Notes: generated by a model from the sequence alone, not told the origin. Shown: positions 17,353 to 27,872, numbered from the stretch's first letter. The stretch is 36,896 nucleotides of DNA from Deltaproteobacteria bacterium (GCA_016218805.1 JACRCW010000124.1:1-36896); one strand, 5' to 3'. Program-made: numbers and translations.

Positions 17353-17892
17353 TCAGGAGGAGCGGGCGGGGGGGGACGCAAGGGAGAGCATGGCGGCGAG
17401 CCGTGCGATGGACACGTATTGCAGGTCCACCGCGCCCAGCCGCACGCGGTCCAGGTCCTTGAGCACCCGCGGCACCAGTTCCTGCACCGGCTCGTTGTTG
17501 ACGAACGTACCCGGCGTGCTGCGCGCATCCGCAATGGCCGCGGCGCGACGCTGCGTGAACAGGCGCGCGTGCACGCGGCTGACGGAGGAATGCGGGACCA
17601 CCAGGTCACACTCCTGGCCGCGCCCCACGCGCAGCACCGCCTGCACCAGCCCCATCAGGCGCCGGGGTGCCAGGGGCCAGCACAGCATGTCCACCGACAG
17701 TTCCGCCTGGGCCAGGGCCGCGGGATTGTGGAACACCGCCCGCGGCGTCCGCGCCGGCCAGGCCTGCGCCTCGTCATCCGGCAGGTGGCCCACCAGGATG
17801 CCCGGCGCGTGTGCCGTGCGCGTCACCAACACGTCCATGCGCCCGGCGGCGGTCAGCAGGACGGACAGCGGGAAGGGACCTGGCAGGCGCAC
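17353..17892 (-). CDS. FHA domain protein
   Basis: VGRGQECDLVV..SSVSRVHA, DARSTPGTFVN, DRVRLG. Start placed at GTG 17892 after GGAGGA. Confidence 0.85.
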   Translation of the reverse strand: MRLPGPFPLSVLLTAAGRMDVLVTRTAHAPGILVGHLPDDEAQAWPARTPRAVFHNPAALAQAELSVDMLCWPLAPRRLMGLVQAVLRVGRGQECDLVVPHSSVSRVHARLFTQRRAAAIADARSTPGTFVNNEPVQELVPRVLKDLDRVRLGAVDLQYVSIARLAAMLSLASPPARSS

Positions 17893-17987
17893 GCGTCGTC
17901 CTCCGTACACAGCCTGAGCGTAGAGCAGGCCGCAGCCCGGGCCCAACAATCGGCGCGTGTGCGTGAGGCCCGTACATCGCGTCTGCG

Positions 17988-19670
17988 TCATGGCACGCGG
18001 ACGGTGATGACCAGGGCGGGTGCGTACGCGCCCGCTGAATTGTCCCACTGCCGGTACTCAAACAGGGGCGGGCTCTGCGGTCCGTTGAGCACGAACACGA
18101 CGTGGTGGCCCGCGCTCCAACCGCTCTGGGCGGTCACCTCGCGCAACAGCGGGGCCACGTCCGGCGAGTTCACCACGGAGGGGCCGGGCAATCCCAGGTC
18201 CGTGCTCCAGGAACCCGTGGTGGCGCGGCACCCCCGGGTGGAGATGTTGTTCTGCGCTGCTGCAAACGCCGGGGCATCCGTGGAGTCCTGGATGCGGATC
18301 ACCGTGCGCGGGTCGTCCTCGGCGTTGCTGTCCACGTACAGGCGGAGCACCGCGCCCACAATGTCCGTGGACGGCCCGATGTCCGTGAGCGCGAAGCGCA
18401 GCCCGCCCCAGTGGTTCACGCTGTACAGCGACGTCCACCAGTGCGTGAGCAGCGTGTTGCCGGGCGGCGGGTCCTGCAGGGCGTCATCCGCGCTGGCGCC
18501 CACCGTGTACGTGTAGCTCTGCTGGCAGGTGCCCTCCGCGGTGCACGTGCTGCCGGCCGTGCACGAACTGGCCGTGCACACGCACGTCCCTGTGTCCGGG
18601 TCACACGGCCGCGTGGACGACGGGCAGGTCACCACTGTTCCGGATACGCAGCTGCCGCCCGAACAGCGCTCCACGCCGTTGCACGCGTTGGCGTCCTGGC
18701 AGTCGGCGTCGTTGCGGCACTGCACGCAGCCCAGCGGTTCCTCGCAGTAGGGTGTGCCACCGGTGCAGCTGAGCAGCGGGTGCGTGCACACGCTGTTGGC
18801 GCAGTCATCCACGGTGCAGGTCAATGTGTCCGGACAGTCCCCCGCGCCCAGGCACGCCACGCAGGTGCCGGTGGTCTGCCGGCAACGCGGCGTGGGCGCG
18901 CTGCAGTGTTGATCCGCGGTGCACTGCACGCACTGGGGTGGGGACTCCGGCACCGACCCTTCCACGCACTGCAGCTCCGCCGAACATGCGGGTGTTCCGG
19001 GTTGGCACTCGCCGCCGGAGCAGGCTTCCGCGCCGTTGCAGGACAACGCGTCCGCGCACGCCGTCCCTTCGGTGACGGCGGAATAGCGGTCCGGCGCCAC
19101 GGCCGCGCGGCACTCCTGGCAGCCGTTGTCCGGGTTGCGCGTCCCGTCGGGCACCAGCATGCCGGAGATGAGGCACGCGGCCACGCACTGTCCCGCCGCG
19201 TCACAAAAAAGGCCCTCCGCCGCCCCGCACGCGGTGCCGGTGGCAGCGCGCGCGTGGACGCAGGCGCTCCCGTTGCACGCGGCCACGTCACACGCGTCCG
19301 CGGCCACGCACGTGGTGGGCGTGCACGTGGGACCGCTGGACGAGGACGCGGGACGCGACGCCGAACTCCCGCTGGCCGCGGAGGACGCGCGCGAGGACGG
19401 CGTGCCGCTGGAGCGCGGCCGCGATCCACCGCTCGCGGTGTGTGACGCGGCGGAAGAAACCTGGCCTACCGACGAGGACCCGGGCACCACGCCGCCGGAG
19501 GTGCACCCGGGTTCCGCGCACGGCGGCTCGCAGCGGCCCTCCGCGCACACCCGGCCCCCGGCGCAGTCACCGGACGTCTCGCACCGGAACACCTGCGTGG
19601 AAGGCTCCAGGCACGCGCCCAGTGCGGCCATGACCACGGCCGTGCTGCAAAACAAAAGCGGAAGCCGCAT
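17988..19670 (-). CDS. Cys-rich repeat lipoprotein with a Ser-rich linker and C-terminal beta-sandwich (DNRLRE/CBM96-like) domain
   Basis: LGAC lipobox, repeated C..D..C / CNG.E.C modules, and a C-terminal ASADDA...GLRF...GAVLRLYV...APALVIT region. Confidence 0.75.
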   Translation of the reverse strand: MRLPLLFCSTAVVMAALGACLEPSTQVFRCETSGDCAGGRVCAEGRCEPPCAEPGCTSGGVVPGSSSVGQVSSAASHTASGGSRPRSSGTPSSRASSAASGSSASRPASSSSGPTCTPTTCVAADACDVAACNGSACVHARAATGTACGAAEGLFCDAAGQCVAACLISGMLVPDGTRNPDNGCQECRAAVAPDRYSAVTEGTACADALSCNGAEACSGGECQPGTPACSAELQCVEGSVPESPPQCVQCTADQHCSAPTPRCRQTTGTCVACLGAGDCPDTLTCTVDDCANSVCTHPLLSCTGGTPYCEEPLGCVQCRNDADCQDANACNGVERCSGGSCVSGTVVTCPSSTRPCDPDTGTCVCTASSCTAGSTCTAEGTCQQSYTYTVGASADDALQDPPPGNTLLTHWWTSLYSVNHWGGLRFALTDIGPSTDIVGAVLRLYVDSNAEDDPRTVIRIQDSTDAPAFAAAQNNISTRGCRATTGSWSTDLGLPGPSVVNSPDVAPLLREVTAQSGWSAGHHVVFVLNGPQSPPLFEYRQWDNSAGAYAPALVITVRVP

Positions 19671-19777
19671 CCGGCGAACTCTGGTCGGGAACCCCCGTCC
19701 CTTCAAGGAACGGCTGCCCGCGCTGACCCGTCGCGGGCGCATTGCGTGGCCGCGGACCGGTCGGCAACGCTCAGTCC

Positions 19778-21910
19778 ATGCGCAAGCGACGCGATGCCAC
19801 GCCATCCCCCGCCGACGCGCGGCCCACCGTGACGCGGCCCGATCCCGCGCGGGTGTTCCCCGGCATGTCCGCTGCCGATCAGCGCGCGCTCGCGGCGTAC
19901 ATGCGGGTGGTGGAGGTGGCTGCCGGGCACGCGGTGGTGGAGGAGGGCGGTGACGACCGCGACCTGTATGTGGTGCTGGAGGGCGAGGGCCGCATCCTCC
20001 GCCACGGCGTGGAAGTGGGCACGGTGACCCCCGGTGACTACTTTGGTGAACTGGCGCTGGTGGGCAGCCGGCCGCGCGCCGCCACCATCACCGCCGTCAC
20101 GCGGATGCAATTGGCCCGCATGGACGCCGCCGAGTTTGACCGCCTGCGGACGCAGGACGCCCCGCTGACCGCGCGCCTGCTGGCGTGCCTGCTGGCCTCC
20201 GTCGGGTCGCGGCTGACGGACATGACGGACAGCGTGCGCCTGCTGCTGCGTGAGCGCTCGCTGCCCCGGCGCGCCACGGTGGACCTCACGCTGGATGGCG
20301 AGCACCGTGAGGTGCGCATGGGCACGCCGCTGCGGGACATCCTGCCGCGCCGGCACGACGGGCGGCTGGTGGTGGCCGCGTTGCTGGGCCGCAAGCCGGT
20401 GAGCCTGACCACACCCGTTGCGTCCGACGTGGCGGTGGGCGTGGTCACCACGGACAGCCTGGCCGGGCAGCGCATCTACCGCTCCAGCCTGGCGCTGCTG
20501 CTGATGGAGGCGGCGCGTGCGGTGGCTCCCGCGCTGGTGCTGCGGCTGGGTGAATCCCTGGGCGGGGCCAGCCGCGTGGAGGCGGAGGGCGTCCCGGAGC
20601 GCGAACTCCCCGCGGTGGCGCGGCGGCTGCGTGACGAGATGCGCCGCCTGGTGGCCCGGGACCTCCCGCTGCGCCCGGAGCTGTGGACCGTGGACGAGGC
20701 GCTTGAGTACTTCCGCTACGAGGGCTGGAGCGACGTGGTGGACCTGCTGCGCACCTGGCGCCAGGCCACGGTTCCCGTCGCCACCTATCACGTGTTTCAC
20801 GCCATGCAGGGCGGCCCGCTGGTTCCCACCACGGCGGACCTGGCGGACTTTGACCTGGTGGCGGCGGACGGCTCGCTGGTGCTCCTGGACCGCCCCAGCG
20901 AGGGAGAACGCGTGGTGGCGCACCTGGCACGGACCCCGCGCGCGACCCAGGGTTCCGAGCGCTGGTTGCGCGCACTGGGCATCACCCACGTGGGCGCGTT
21001 CAACCGCGCCTGCATTGACGGCGGCGTGGCGCAGATGATCCGCGTCTCGGAGGGCTTCCAGGAGAAGCGCGTGGGCCGAATTGCCGACGAGATTGCCACC
21101 CGCGGGCCGAAGATCATCTGTGTGGCGGGTCCGTCCAGCTCGGGGAAGACCACGTTCATCAGGCGGTTACGCGTGCAGTTGCAGGTGGAGGGCATCAACC
21201 CCATCGGCGTGTCATTGGATGACTACTACGTGGACCGTGAGCGCACGCCCGTGGACGAGCACGGCGAGCTGGACTTTGAGGCCCCCGGCGCGCTGGACCT
21301 GGACCTGCTGCGCGACCACCTGGGGCGCCTGCTGCAGGGCGAGACGGTCACCACCGCGCGGTACGACTTCAAGCAGGGCAAGAGCCACCCGCTGGGCGGT
21401 CCTGCCGTGGCGCTGGGCCCGCACGACGTGCTGATGCTGGAGGGCATCCACGGCCTCAACCCGTCCATGGTGTCACCACCGCGGCCGGACATGGTGTACC
21501 GCGTGTTCATCTGCCCGCGGGTGCAGCTCCCGTTTGACCGCCTCAACCGCGTGCCGGCGTCGGACGTGCGGCTGCTGCGGCGCATTGTCCGGGACCGCCA
21601 CGGGCGGGGCATCAGCGCCGCGGACAACATCGCCCGCTGGCCGGCAGTGCGCGCCGGGGAACGGCGGCACATCTTCCCGTTTGAGCAGCACGCGGACGTG
21701 ATCTTTGACTCGTCACTGATTTACGAGTTGAGCGTGCTGAAGGTGTACGCCGAGCGCTACCTGCTGGAGGTTCCGCAGGACCACCCGTCCTACACCACCG
21801 CGTTCCGGCTGCTGGCGCTGCTGGACCGGTTTGTCACCATCTACCCGGACCACGTGCCGCCCACCTCCTTCCTGCGCGAATTCATCGGCGGCAGCGGCTT
21901 TGATTACTGA
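19778..21910 (+). CDS. cNMP-binding domain fused to a ThrRS-N-terminal-like/uridine kinase-family nucleoside kinase
   Basis: cNMP motif GDYFGELAL...PRAATI. Walker A GPSSSGKTT, SLDDYY, LEGIHGLNP, RLLRRIVRD, and C-terminal LREFIGGSGF. Confidence 0.88.
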   Translation: MRKRRDATPSPADARPTVTRPDPARVFPGMSAADQRALAAYMRVVEVAAGHAVVEEGGDDRDLYVVLEGEGRILRHGVEVGTVTPGDYFGELALVGSRPRAATITAVTRMQLARMDAAEFDRLRTQDAPLTARLLACLLASVGSRLTDMTDSVRLLLRERSLPRRATVDLTLDGEHREVRMGTPLRDILPRRHDGRLVVAALLGRKPVSLTTPVASDVAVGVVTTDSLAGQRIYRSSLALLLMEAARAVAPALVLRLGESLGGASRVEAEGVPERELPAVARRLRDEMRRLVARDLPLRPELWTVDEALEYFRYEGWSDVVDLLRTWRQATVPVATYHVFHAMQGGPLVPTTADLADFDLVAADGSLVLLDRPSEGERVVAHLARTPRATQGSERWLRALGITHVGAFNRACIDGGVAQMIRVSEGFQEKRVGRIADEIATRGPKIICVAGPSSSGKTTFIRRLRVQLQVEGINPIGVSLDDYYVDRERTPVDEHGELDFEAPGALDLDLLRDHLGRLLQGETVTTARYDFKQGKSHPLGGPAVALGPHDVLMLEGIHGLNPSMVSPPRPDMVYRVFICPRVQLPFDRLNRVPASDVRLLRRIVRDRHGRGISAADNIARWPAVRAGERRHIFPFEQHADVIFDSSLIYELSVLKVYAERYLLEVPQDHPSYTTAFRLLALLDRFVTIYPDHVPPTSFLREFIGGSGFDY

Positions 21911-21916
21911 GGGCGC

Positions 21917-22570
21917 ATGAACGGCTTTTTGTGTGACGGGCCGGAGGCCGCCGGGGCGCTGGTGCTGCTTGCCCACGGCGCGGGCGGCCCCATGGACAGC
22001 GCGCTGCTCACCCGCCTGGCCGGCGGCCTGGGCGGCGCGGGGCACCGGGTGGTCCGCTTTGAGTTCCCGTACATGGCTGCGCGCCGCACGGGCGGGGGCC
22101 GGCGCCCGCCGGACCGCACGGACGTCCTGCTGCAGTGCTGGCGGGAGGTGGCCGCGCGGTGGCGGGATCACCGGCCGCTGTTCCTGGGCGGGCACTCCAT
22201 GGGCGGGCGCATGGCCACCATGGTGGCCGACGAACTGGGCGCGGCCGGGCTGGTTTGCGTTTCTTACCCGTGGCACCCGCCGGGCGCTCCCGGGCGCCCG
22301 CGCACGGAGCACCTCAAGGCGCTGGCCACGCCGGCGCTGCTGGTGTGCGGCACGCGGGATGAGTTCGGCACGCCGGAGGAGGTGGCGGGCTACGCGCTGT
22401 CACCCGCGCTGCGCGTGCACTGGCTGCCCGGCGCGGACCACAGCCTGCGCGCGCACGCGCGCTCCGGGCGGACGGCCACAGGCAACATCCGGGAGTGCGT
22501 GGACGCGCTGGATGCGTTCATCCGTGCACGCGCCGGCCTCACGGCGCCAGCAGCTTCTCCAGCAGGCTGA
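21917..22570 (+). CDS. Alpha/beta hydrolase (KANL3/Tex30-like family)
   Basis: LAHGAGGPMD, RFEFPYM, nucleophile elbow GHSMGG, GTRDEFG, GADHSL. Confidence 0.88.
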   Translation: MNGFLCDGPEAAGALVLLAHGAGGPMDSALLTRLAGGLGGAGHRVVRFEFPYMAARRTGGGRRPPDRTDVLLQCWREVAARWRDHRPLFLGGHSMGGRMATMVADELGAAGLVCVSYPWHPPGAPGRPRTEHLKALATPALLVCGTRDEFGTPEEVAGYALSPALRVHWLPGADHSLRAHARSGRTATGNIRECVDALDAFIRARAGLTAPAASPAG

Positions 22571-23018
22571 TCGCGTTGGGCTCGCGGCAGCGGCTGCGGA
22601 ACGCCTCCAGCGCGTCACGCACGGTCATGGTGCGGTTGAGCTTGCCGCGCGCGTGCAGTGCGCCCAGCTCCGCCAGCGCGCGCTCGCCCACGCCCGCGTC
22701 GGAGTGGCGCAGCATCTTGCACAACAGCTCGGGCTCGTCCGGCATCTGGTGGTGCCGCAGCAGCGCGTCACACGCCTGGTCCAGCTCCGCGGGGTCCACC
22801 GCGCCGCGCAGCCGCTCCATGCGCATACGGGACTCCATGGCCCCGCCGGACGGGCCCAGGCCGCGCGGCCCGGGCGGTGGCGGCCCCCCACCGCCCCCCT
22901 TGTCAAACAGCGCGTTGAGCCGGTTGAACTTGGCGCCGTGCGGCTTGGACGGCGCCACCGGGTTCACCTCGCGCGGGGCGAACGGGTTGTCAGGCAGCTT
23001 GGGATCCCTGGGCGGCAT
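22539..23018 (-). CDS. Hypothetical helical protein
   Basis: GGAGG RBS before ATG 23018, GC3-rich codons, LNALFDKG and MPDEPELLCKML.H segments. Confidence 0.65.
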   Translation of the reverse strand: MPPRDPKLPDNPFAPREVNPVAPSKPHGAKFNRLNALFDKGGGGGPPPPGPRGLGPSGGAMESRMRMERLRGAVDPAELDQACDALLRHHQMPDEPELLCKMLRHSDAGVGERALAELGALHARGKLNRTMTVRDALEAFRSRCREPNAISLLEKLLAP

Positions 23019-23165
23019 GCAGGCCTCCGGCGTAGGTTGGGGTGGGACATGGTGGCGGCAGGCCCAGAGGCACGCAACCCGTTTCCCTCTGCGCCAGCGC
23101 GCGGGGTCAGCATTCCAATGGAAACTGGAGCGGGGCCCCTCCCGCGTGGTTTCCTGCGGAGCACC

Positions 23166-26100
23166 ATGGGCCACCGTCGTCTGCTGCTGTTGTGGATTGC
23201 CCTCAGTGCTGCTGCCTGTCCGCGCATTGTCACCCAGGGTCCGCCGGACGCTGCCACGGAGGCACCGGTCATCATCACCGGCGTGGAGGTGGAAGCGCTG
23301 CGGGTCCCGCGCGACGGCGGCGTGCACCTGGCCTACGGCGGGGACGTGCTGGCGGTCACGGGAAGCGGCTGGGACCCGGCGGCGGCCACTGTGCAGCTGG
23401 GGGGCGTGGACCTGGCCATGCTGCGGGACCGCTCCACAGTGACGGCGCTGCGCGCGGTGCTGCCGGAGCGCGTGCTGGAGGGGACGGTGAAGGTGCTCCA
23501 GGGGGGACGCGTGCGCGCTGAGAGCCCCGCGCTCGTGGCCGTGCTGGGCGTGGGCCACCCGGACCTGCCGGTGCAGCAGGGGGCGGTGGAGCCGCGCATG
23601 GCCATCCGGGCGGCGGGGATTGCCAACACCTGGTGCGCTCCCAGCCTGGCCGACGGTGGCGTGCCGTGCAGCGCGCTCCCCAACGCCACCGGCACGCTCG
23701 CCGTGGCGTTCTCGTTCGGGCCGGACCTGCTGTACCGGGATCCGACGTACCTGGCGGAGTTGACGCTGTTTGGTCCGGGCGAACGGATCACGGAGCGCCT
23801 GGAGCCGGCACACACGGACTACCGCTCGGTGGCGGCGGCCAAGCCGTTCCTGGTGCCGCGCCCCGGCGGGCGGTTCGATACGGGCCTGGCGGTGCACCAG
23901 GCATGGAGCGCGGACGGCGGGTTCGGCATCAGCGTGGACACCTTCCCGCCGCAGATGGACGGCGGCGGCCTGGAGTTGCACCCCGTGCTGCTGCCGGGCC
24001 CGCGCGGTGGGTTGCTGACGCTCGCCGTGGAACGCGTGAACCAGGTGGAGCAGCGCTCGCTGCTGCTGGACAACGGGCGCCCGGTGCTGCGGCGCGACGG
24101 CACGCCCATGTCCATTGAAGGACGGCTGGCTGCGGTGGGCGGCGTGGTGCAGGGGTATGACTTCCTGGCGGATGCCTACGGCGAAGCGGAGTTTGTGGCG
24201 GCGTCCTGCGGGGATGTCACGCCGGATGGGCGTCTGCCCGTGCGGCTGACGCGGCTGTTTCAGCCTTCCGGCGACGTGCTCACGCAGGAGCAGGGGGTGC
24301 CGCTGGACGGGTGGGGGTGCCGCGTGGACGGCGGGCCCAACCCGGCGCTGGACGGCGGCCAGCAGGCGCAGTGTGACGCGCTGCAGGACTGCGGCGAGGG
24401 CTGTTTCTTCACGTCGCTGTGTTCGCTCATGCCGACGTGCCGTCCCGGCCTGGGGGACATGAACACGTGCCTGCGCGACTCCGCGGGGTGCCGCGGGCGC
24501 GTGCTGACGGCGTCCGCGTGCCTGGGGACGGAGGGATGCGGCGTGCGCGCGGCGGGTTGCCCGGGCGCGGACGGTGGCCCCTGCCCGTGCAACGACGCGC
24601 CGTGCCGGGTCACGCGCCAGTGCTTCCTGGATGCGCCGTGCCTGGCGGCGCTGGGCTGCTACGGGGACGGTGAGGGCCTGTGCATCCTGCCGCCGGCGTG
24701 CGCGGCCGCGGCGGACCGCGGCCCGGACGCGGGGCCCGGCCCCGAGGGCGAAACGTGCGCAGCGCAGGTGGCCTGCATGCTGGACCCCGCGTGCGCGGAC
24801 CGCGCGGAGTGCCCGGCGGGAGGCTGCACGGCCACCGCGGCGTGTGCGCGGTCACTGTGCCCCACGGAGCCGTGCGGCAATGGCCAGGAATGCGGGCGCC
24901 CGTCAGACGACGCGCCGGGCGAATTGTCGCCGTTGGTGCCGGGCAGCCTGCTGGTGCACCCCGGGCGCGCGCTCAGCCCGTTCCAGGCGCCGCCGGAGCC
25001 CGTGTGCACGTTTGAGACCTTCCGCGGCCGCCTGTTGCCCTTTGGCCTGGACGGCTACTACGTCAGCAGCGCGGCCACGCTCTCCGCCGACGGGACGCAC
25101 CACCTGGTGGCCCGTCCGGCGGGCGGCACGGAGCGCATCCTGCTTGTCATGGACCTGGAGACGCTGGGGTTCTCCGTGGTGTCCGCCTCCGCCGCGTACG
25201 CGGACCTGCTGGCCGTTGCCGGCGCTCCGCTGCTGTTTGGCATCCCGGCGGAGGGCGGCCAGGTGCACGTCCTGGACGAACGCGCCCAGTTCCGCTTTGC
25301 GCTCAACGTGCTGGGCCCGGCCACGCATGCCTTCCCGCGGCCGCGTTCCGACGGCCGCGTGCTGGTGTTGCACCCCGGGTTTGTGCTGGAGCTGGACGGC
25401 AACGGTGGGGTGGAGCGGCACGCGTTCCACGGGGCTCCGCTGGCGGCTCCGCAGCTCCCGGAGCAGCCCGGCGCAGCCCCTTCCGCGCTGTGGGCGGTTC
25501 GCCCCCTTGAGGTGGGGCCGCCGGAACTGGTGCAGGTCAGCCTGGCTGATGACACCTTTGGCGAAGTCTCCGCGGCGGGCACGCTCCCGGCGGACAGCCT
25601 GCCGGAGGGACGCGCGCTGGGGGATGCGTTCCTGGGCGCGGTGGCTACCGGGGACACCGTGTTCCTCAACGTGTCCACCGGCGCCACCGCGGAGTGTGAC
25701 CAGGACGCGCAGGTGGTGGCCGTGCGGCCCTCCGCAACGGGCACCGGAGATGTGACCTGGTCACCCGTGGCGGGCACGTGCGGCGGGGCCATCACCGCGT
25801 TCAACCCGGTGGACCGCACCGGCCTGGTGGTGGTGCCCGTGGAGGGCGGCTACCAGACGGATATCGTCGGAGAGACAGGCGGCACGTGGCACACGCTGGA
25901 CCGGCGCATCCCGCAGATTGCGTTTGGCGCAGCGCCGCGCCCCGCGGGTGGTTTTGTGGGTCTGTTTGCCGCGGACGTGGGCGGCGCGGCGCGCCTGGAA
26001 CTGGGTCTGGTGGCACCCGCCACGGCTGACGCGGGCCCGCCCTACCAGCGCCTGATGGACGCGGAGACCTCAGACGCCGTGATGGTGGTGAGCCCGGATG

Positions 26101-26327
26101 GACAGCGGTTGTACGTGGGCGGGTTGGACCGGGTGCTGGAGGTGGAACTGGTGGAGCGCTGCCGTGACGCTGACGCCGGCGCGGGTTGCGCCCCGTGGGA
26201 ACTGCGGGCGGAACCGCGGCGCGCCATTGCCATTGACGGGCGCGCGCACCACCTGGCCGTGGATCCCGAGGGTACCCGCGTGGTGTACGTGGACCTGGAG
26301 CGGCAGAGCGTGGGCGTGCTGGAATAG
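23166..26327 (+). CDS. Large lipoprotein with an IPT/TIG-like domain, central Cys-rich region and beta-propeller-like segments
   Basis: GGAG RBS, MGHRRLLLLWIALSAAAC lipobox, GGDVLAVTGSGW IPT-like motif, SPDGQRLYV and AVDPEGTRVV blades. Confidence 0.75.
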   Translation: MGHRRLLLLWIALSAAACPRIVTQGPPDAATEAPVIITGVEVEALRVPRDGGVHLAYGGDVLAVTGSGWDPAAATVQLGGVDLAMLRDRSTVTALRAVLPERVLEGTVKVLQGGRVRAESPALVAVLGVGHPDLPVQQGAVEPRMAIRAAGIANTWCAPSLADGGVPCSALPNATGTLAVAFSFGPDLLYRDPTYLAELTLFGPGERITERLEPAHTDYRSVAAAKPFLVPRPGGRFDTGLAVHQAWSADGGFGISVDTFPPQMDGGGLELHPVLLPGPRGGLLTLAVERVNQVEQRSLLLDNGRPVLRRDGTPMSIEGRLAAVGGVVQGYDFLADAYGEAEFVAASCGDVTPDGRLPVRLTRLFQPSGDVLTQEQGVPLDGWGCRVDGGPNPALDGGQQAQCDALQDCGEGCFFTSLCSLMPTCRPGLGDMNTCLRDSAGCRGRVLTASACLGTEGCGVRAAGCPGADGGPCPCNDAPCRVTRQCFLDAPCLAALGCYGDGEGLCILPPACAAAADRGPDAGPGPEGETCAAQVACMLDPACADRAECPAGGCTATAACARSLCPTEPCGNGQECGRPSDDAPGELSPLVPGSLLVHPGRALSPFQAPPEPVCTFETFRGRLLPFGLDGYYVSSAATLSADGTHHLVARPAGGTERILLVMDLETLGFSVVSASAAYADLLAVAGAPLLFGIPAEGGQVHVLDERAQFRFALNVLGPATHAFPRPRSDGRVLVLHPGFVLELDGNGGVERHAFHGAPLAAPQLPEQPGAAPSALWAVRPLEVGPPELVQVSLADDTFGEVSAAGTLPADSLPEGRALGDAFLGAVATGDTVFLNVSTGATAECDQDAQVVAVRPSATGTGDVTWSPVAGTCGGAITAFNPVDRTGLVVVPVEGGYQTDIVGETGGTWHTLDRRIPQIAFGAAPRPAGGFVGLFAADVGGAARLELGLVAPATADAGPPYQRLMDAETSDAVMVVSPDGQRLYVGGLDRVLEVELVERCRDADAGAGCAPWELRAEPRRAIAIDGRAHHLAVDPEGTRVVYVDLERQSVGVLE

Positions 26328-26342
26328 GCGCGTTTGACGTTC

Positions 26343-27872
26343 TTACAGGGTCACCTGCACGGGCGTGCCCAGCGGGAGGTCCACGGGGACCGGGCCCGCG
26401 TTGAGTTCGCGCAGCCTGGCGGCCAGCTCCGCGTGCGTCCCGCGGTCCGTGTACGCAACGCTGATGTACGGCGCCCCACCCGCCGCGTAGCCGAACACCC
26501 GCCGCGCCTTGAGCAGCACCGCCGCCGCGGCGCTCTCGGCAGGGCCGGAGCACATCCGGGTCCACTCATTGCGCCGTGCGCGCGGGAGGAACGGCGCGTA
26601 GAAATTCCCGTACCCAAAGCCCGGTGGCATCACCAGCGCCTCCTGGCACCCGCTCACGCCCAGCAACGCCAGGTCCACGTCAAACTCGCGGCCAATGCGC
26701 GCGTGCACCTCCGGCATCGGCGCGGTGTCCGCGCCCAGGTACACCGTCCGCCCGCCGCCGCGCAGCAGCCAGGTCACCGTCGGCAGCGGCAGTCCCCAGT
26801 CCTCGCCCACAAACGGGGTGGCCACCACCTCCAGGTCCCGGAAACGCAGGCGGTCCCACGGCCTGACAAAGCGCACGTCCGTGAAGCCCAGCAGCGCCGC
26901 CACCCGCGCCAGGTCCACGTGCCAGGGGTGCGCCGTGTCCGCGGCGGGAAGGACCAGCGGCGTGTCGGCAGGGAACCGCGTCAGCGCCTGCGGGTTGAAA
27001 TGGTCGTTGTCACCGTGCGTGACCAGGATGGCGTCCACGCGGGGCAGGGCGCGCGGGTCAGGGGGGACGCCGGCGCCGGGACGCGCCGGGTGGCTGGCCG
27101 GGTGGAACAGCGGATCCACCACAACGCGCGCCCCGCCCAGCGCGACCAGCACCGCGGCGTGCCCCAGCCAGGTGAGCGTCCCCTCGTCGGCGCCCAGCGC
27201 GGGTGGTCCGCGCTGCTCCAGCAGGCCCAGCTCGCCCAGCACCGCCAGCAGCTCCGCCGTGTCCGGATGCGGCACCGCGCCCAGCACGTCCGCCCTCCCG
27301 TTGAGCGCCGCCACCACGTGGCGCAGCAGCAGGCCGTGCGCCTGGCAACAGGACAGGCCCACTCCCAGCACCTGGCGGTCCACCTCCCCCACGCCCACGT
27401 GCATCCCGGCCAGCGTGGCGTCCGCCAGCGTGCCCACGCGCGGCATGAACGGGATGGGCCCCAGCGCCCGCGCCTGTGACACCACCGGCGTGCACCACGC
27501 ATGGCGCACCAGCGCCGGTGACACGGACAGACCGTCCCACCGCTCCGCCGCGCCACCCAGGTCGCGCTCGGGCCTTCCCTCGGAGAAGAACACCAGGTTC
27601 TCCAGGACCAACTCCTGCAGCCGCTTCTCCGGCAGCGCGGCCTCGTCGGGCGTGGACCAGCGGTGCAGCCGCGCCAGCGCCGCAGCCTCCTCAAACGGCA
27701 GCTCCGTGCGCGTGGCTCCGCCGTGGCGCGTGGCCACCACCTCCACCCGCTGCCAACCCGCGCACGGGCGCAGCCGCAGTTCCAGTCCCACGGCGCGCCG
27801 GAACGTGGCGCCGGGCGGCACCGCCGGGTGCGCTCGCTTCCCCAGCAGCCGGTCCCACAGCGACGGAGGCAT
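26343..27872 (-). CDS. Metallo-beta-lactamase-fold protein with an N-terminal extension
   Basis: WLGHAAVLV, VVDP, DAILVTHGDNDH, YLGADT. Confidence 0.82.
   Translation of the reverse strand: MPPSLWDRLLGKRAHPAVPPGATFRRAVGLELRLRPCAGWQRVEVVATRHGGATRTELPFEEAAALARLHRWSTPDEAALPEKRLQELVLENLVFFSEGRPERDLGGAAERWDGLSVSPALVRHAWCTPVVSQARALGPIPFMPRVGTLADATLAGMHVGVGEVDRQVLGVGLSCCQAHGLLLRHVVAALNGRADVLGAVPHPDTAELLAVLGELGLLEQRGPPALGADEGTLTWLGHAAVLVALGGARVVVDPLFHPASHPARPGAGVPPDPRALPRVDAILVTHGDNDHFNPQALTRFPADTPLVLPAADTAHPWHVDLARVAALLGFTDVRFVRPWDRLRFRDLEVVATPFVGEDWGLPLPTVTWLLRGGGRTVYLGADTAPMPEVHARIGREFDVDLALLGVSGCQEALVMPPGFGYGNFYAPFLPRARRNEWTRMCSGPAESAAAAVLLKARRVFGYAAGGAPYISVAYTDRGTHAELAARLRELNAGPVPVDLPLGTPVQVTL

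Noticed and set aside
21933..23165. N-terminal 411 aa of the 1464-aa ORF as part of one giant protein
   Set aside because: It overlaps the hydrolase and the 22539-23018 gene. The RBS and signal peptide mark the real start at 23166.
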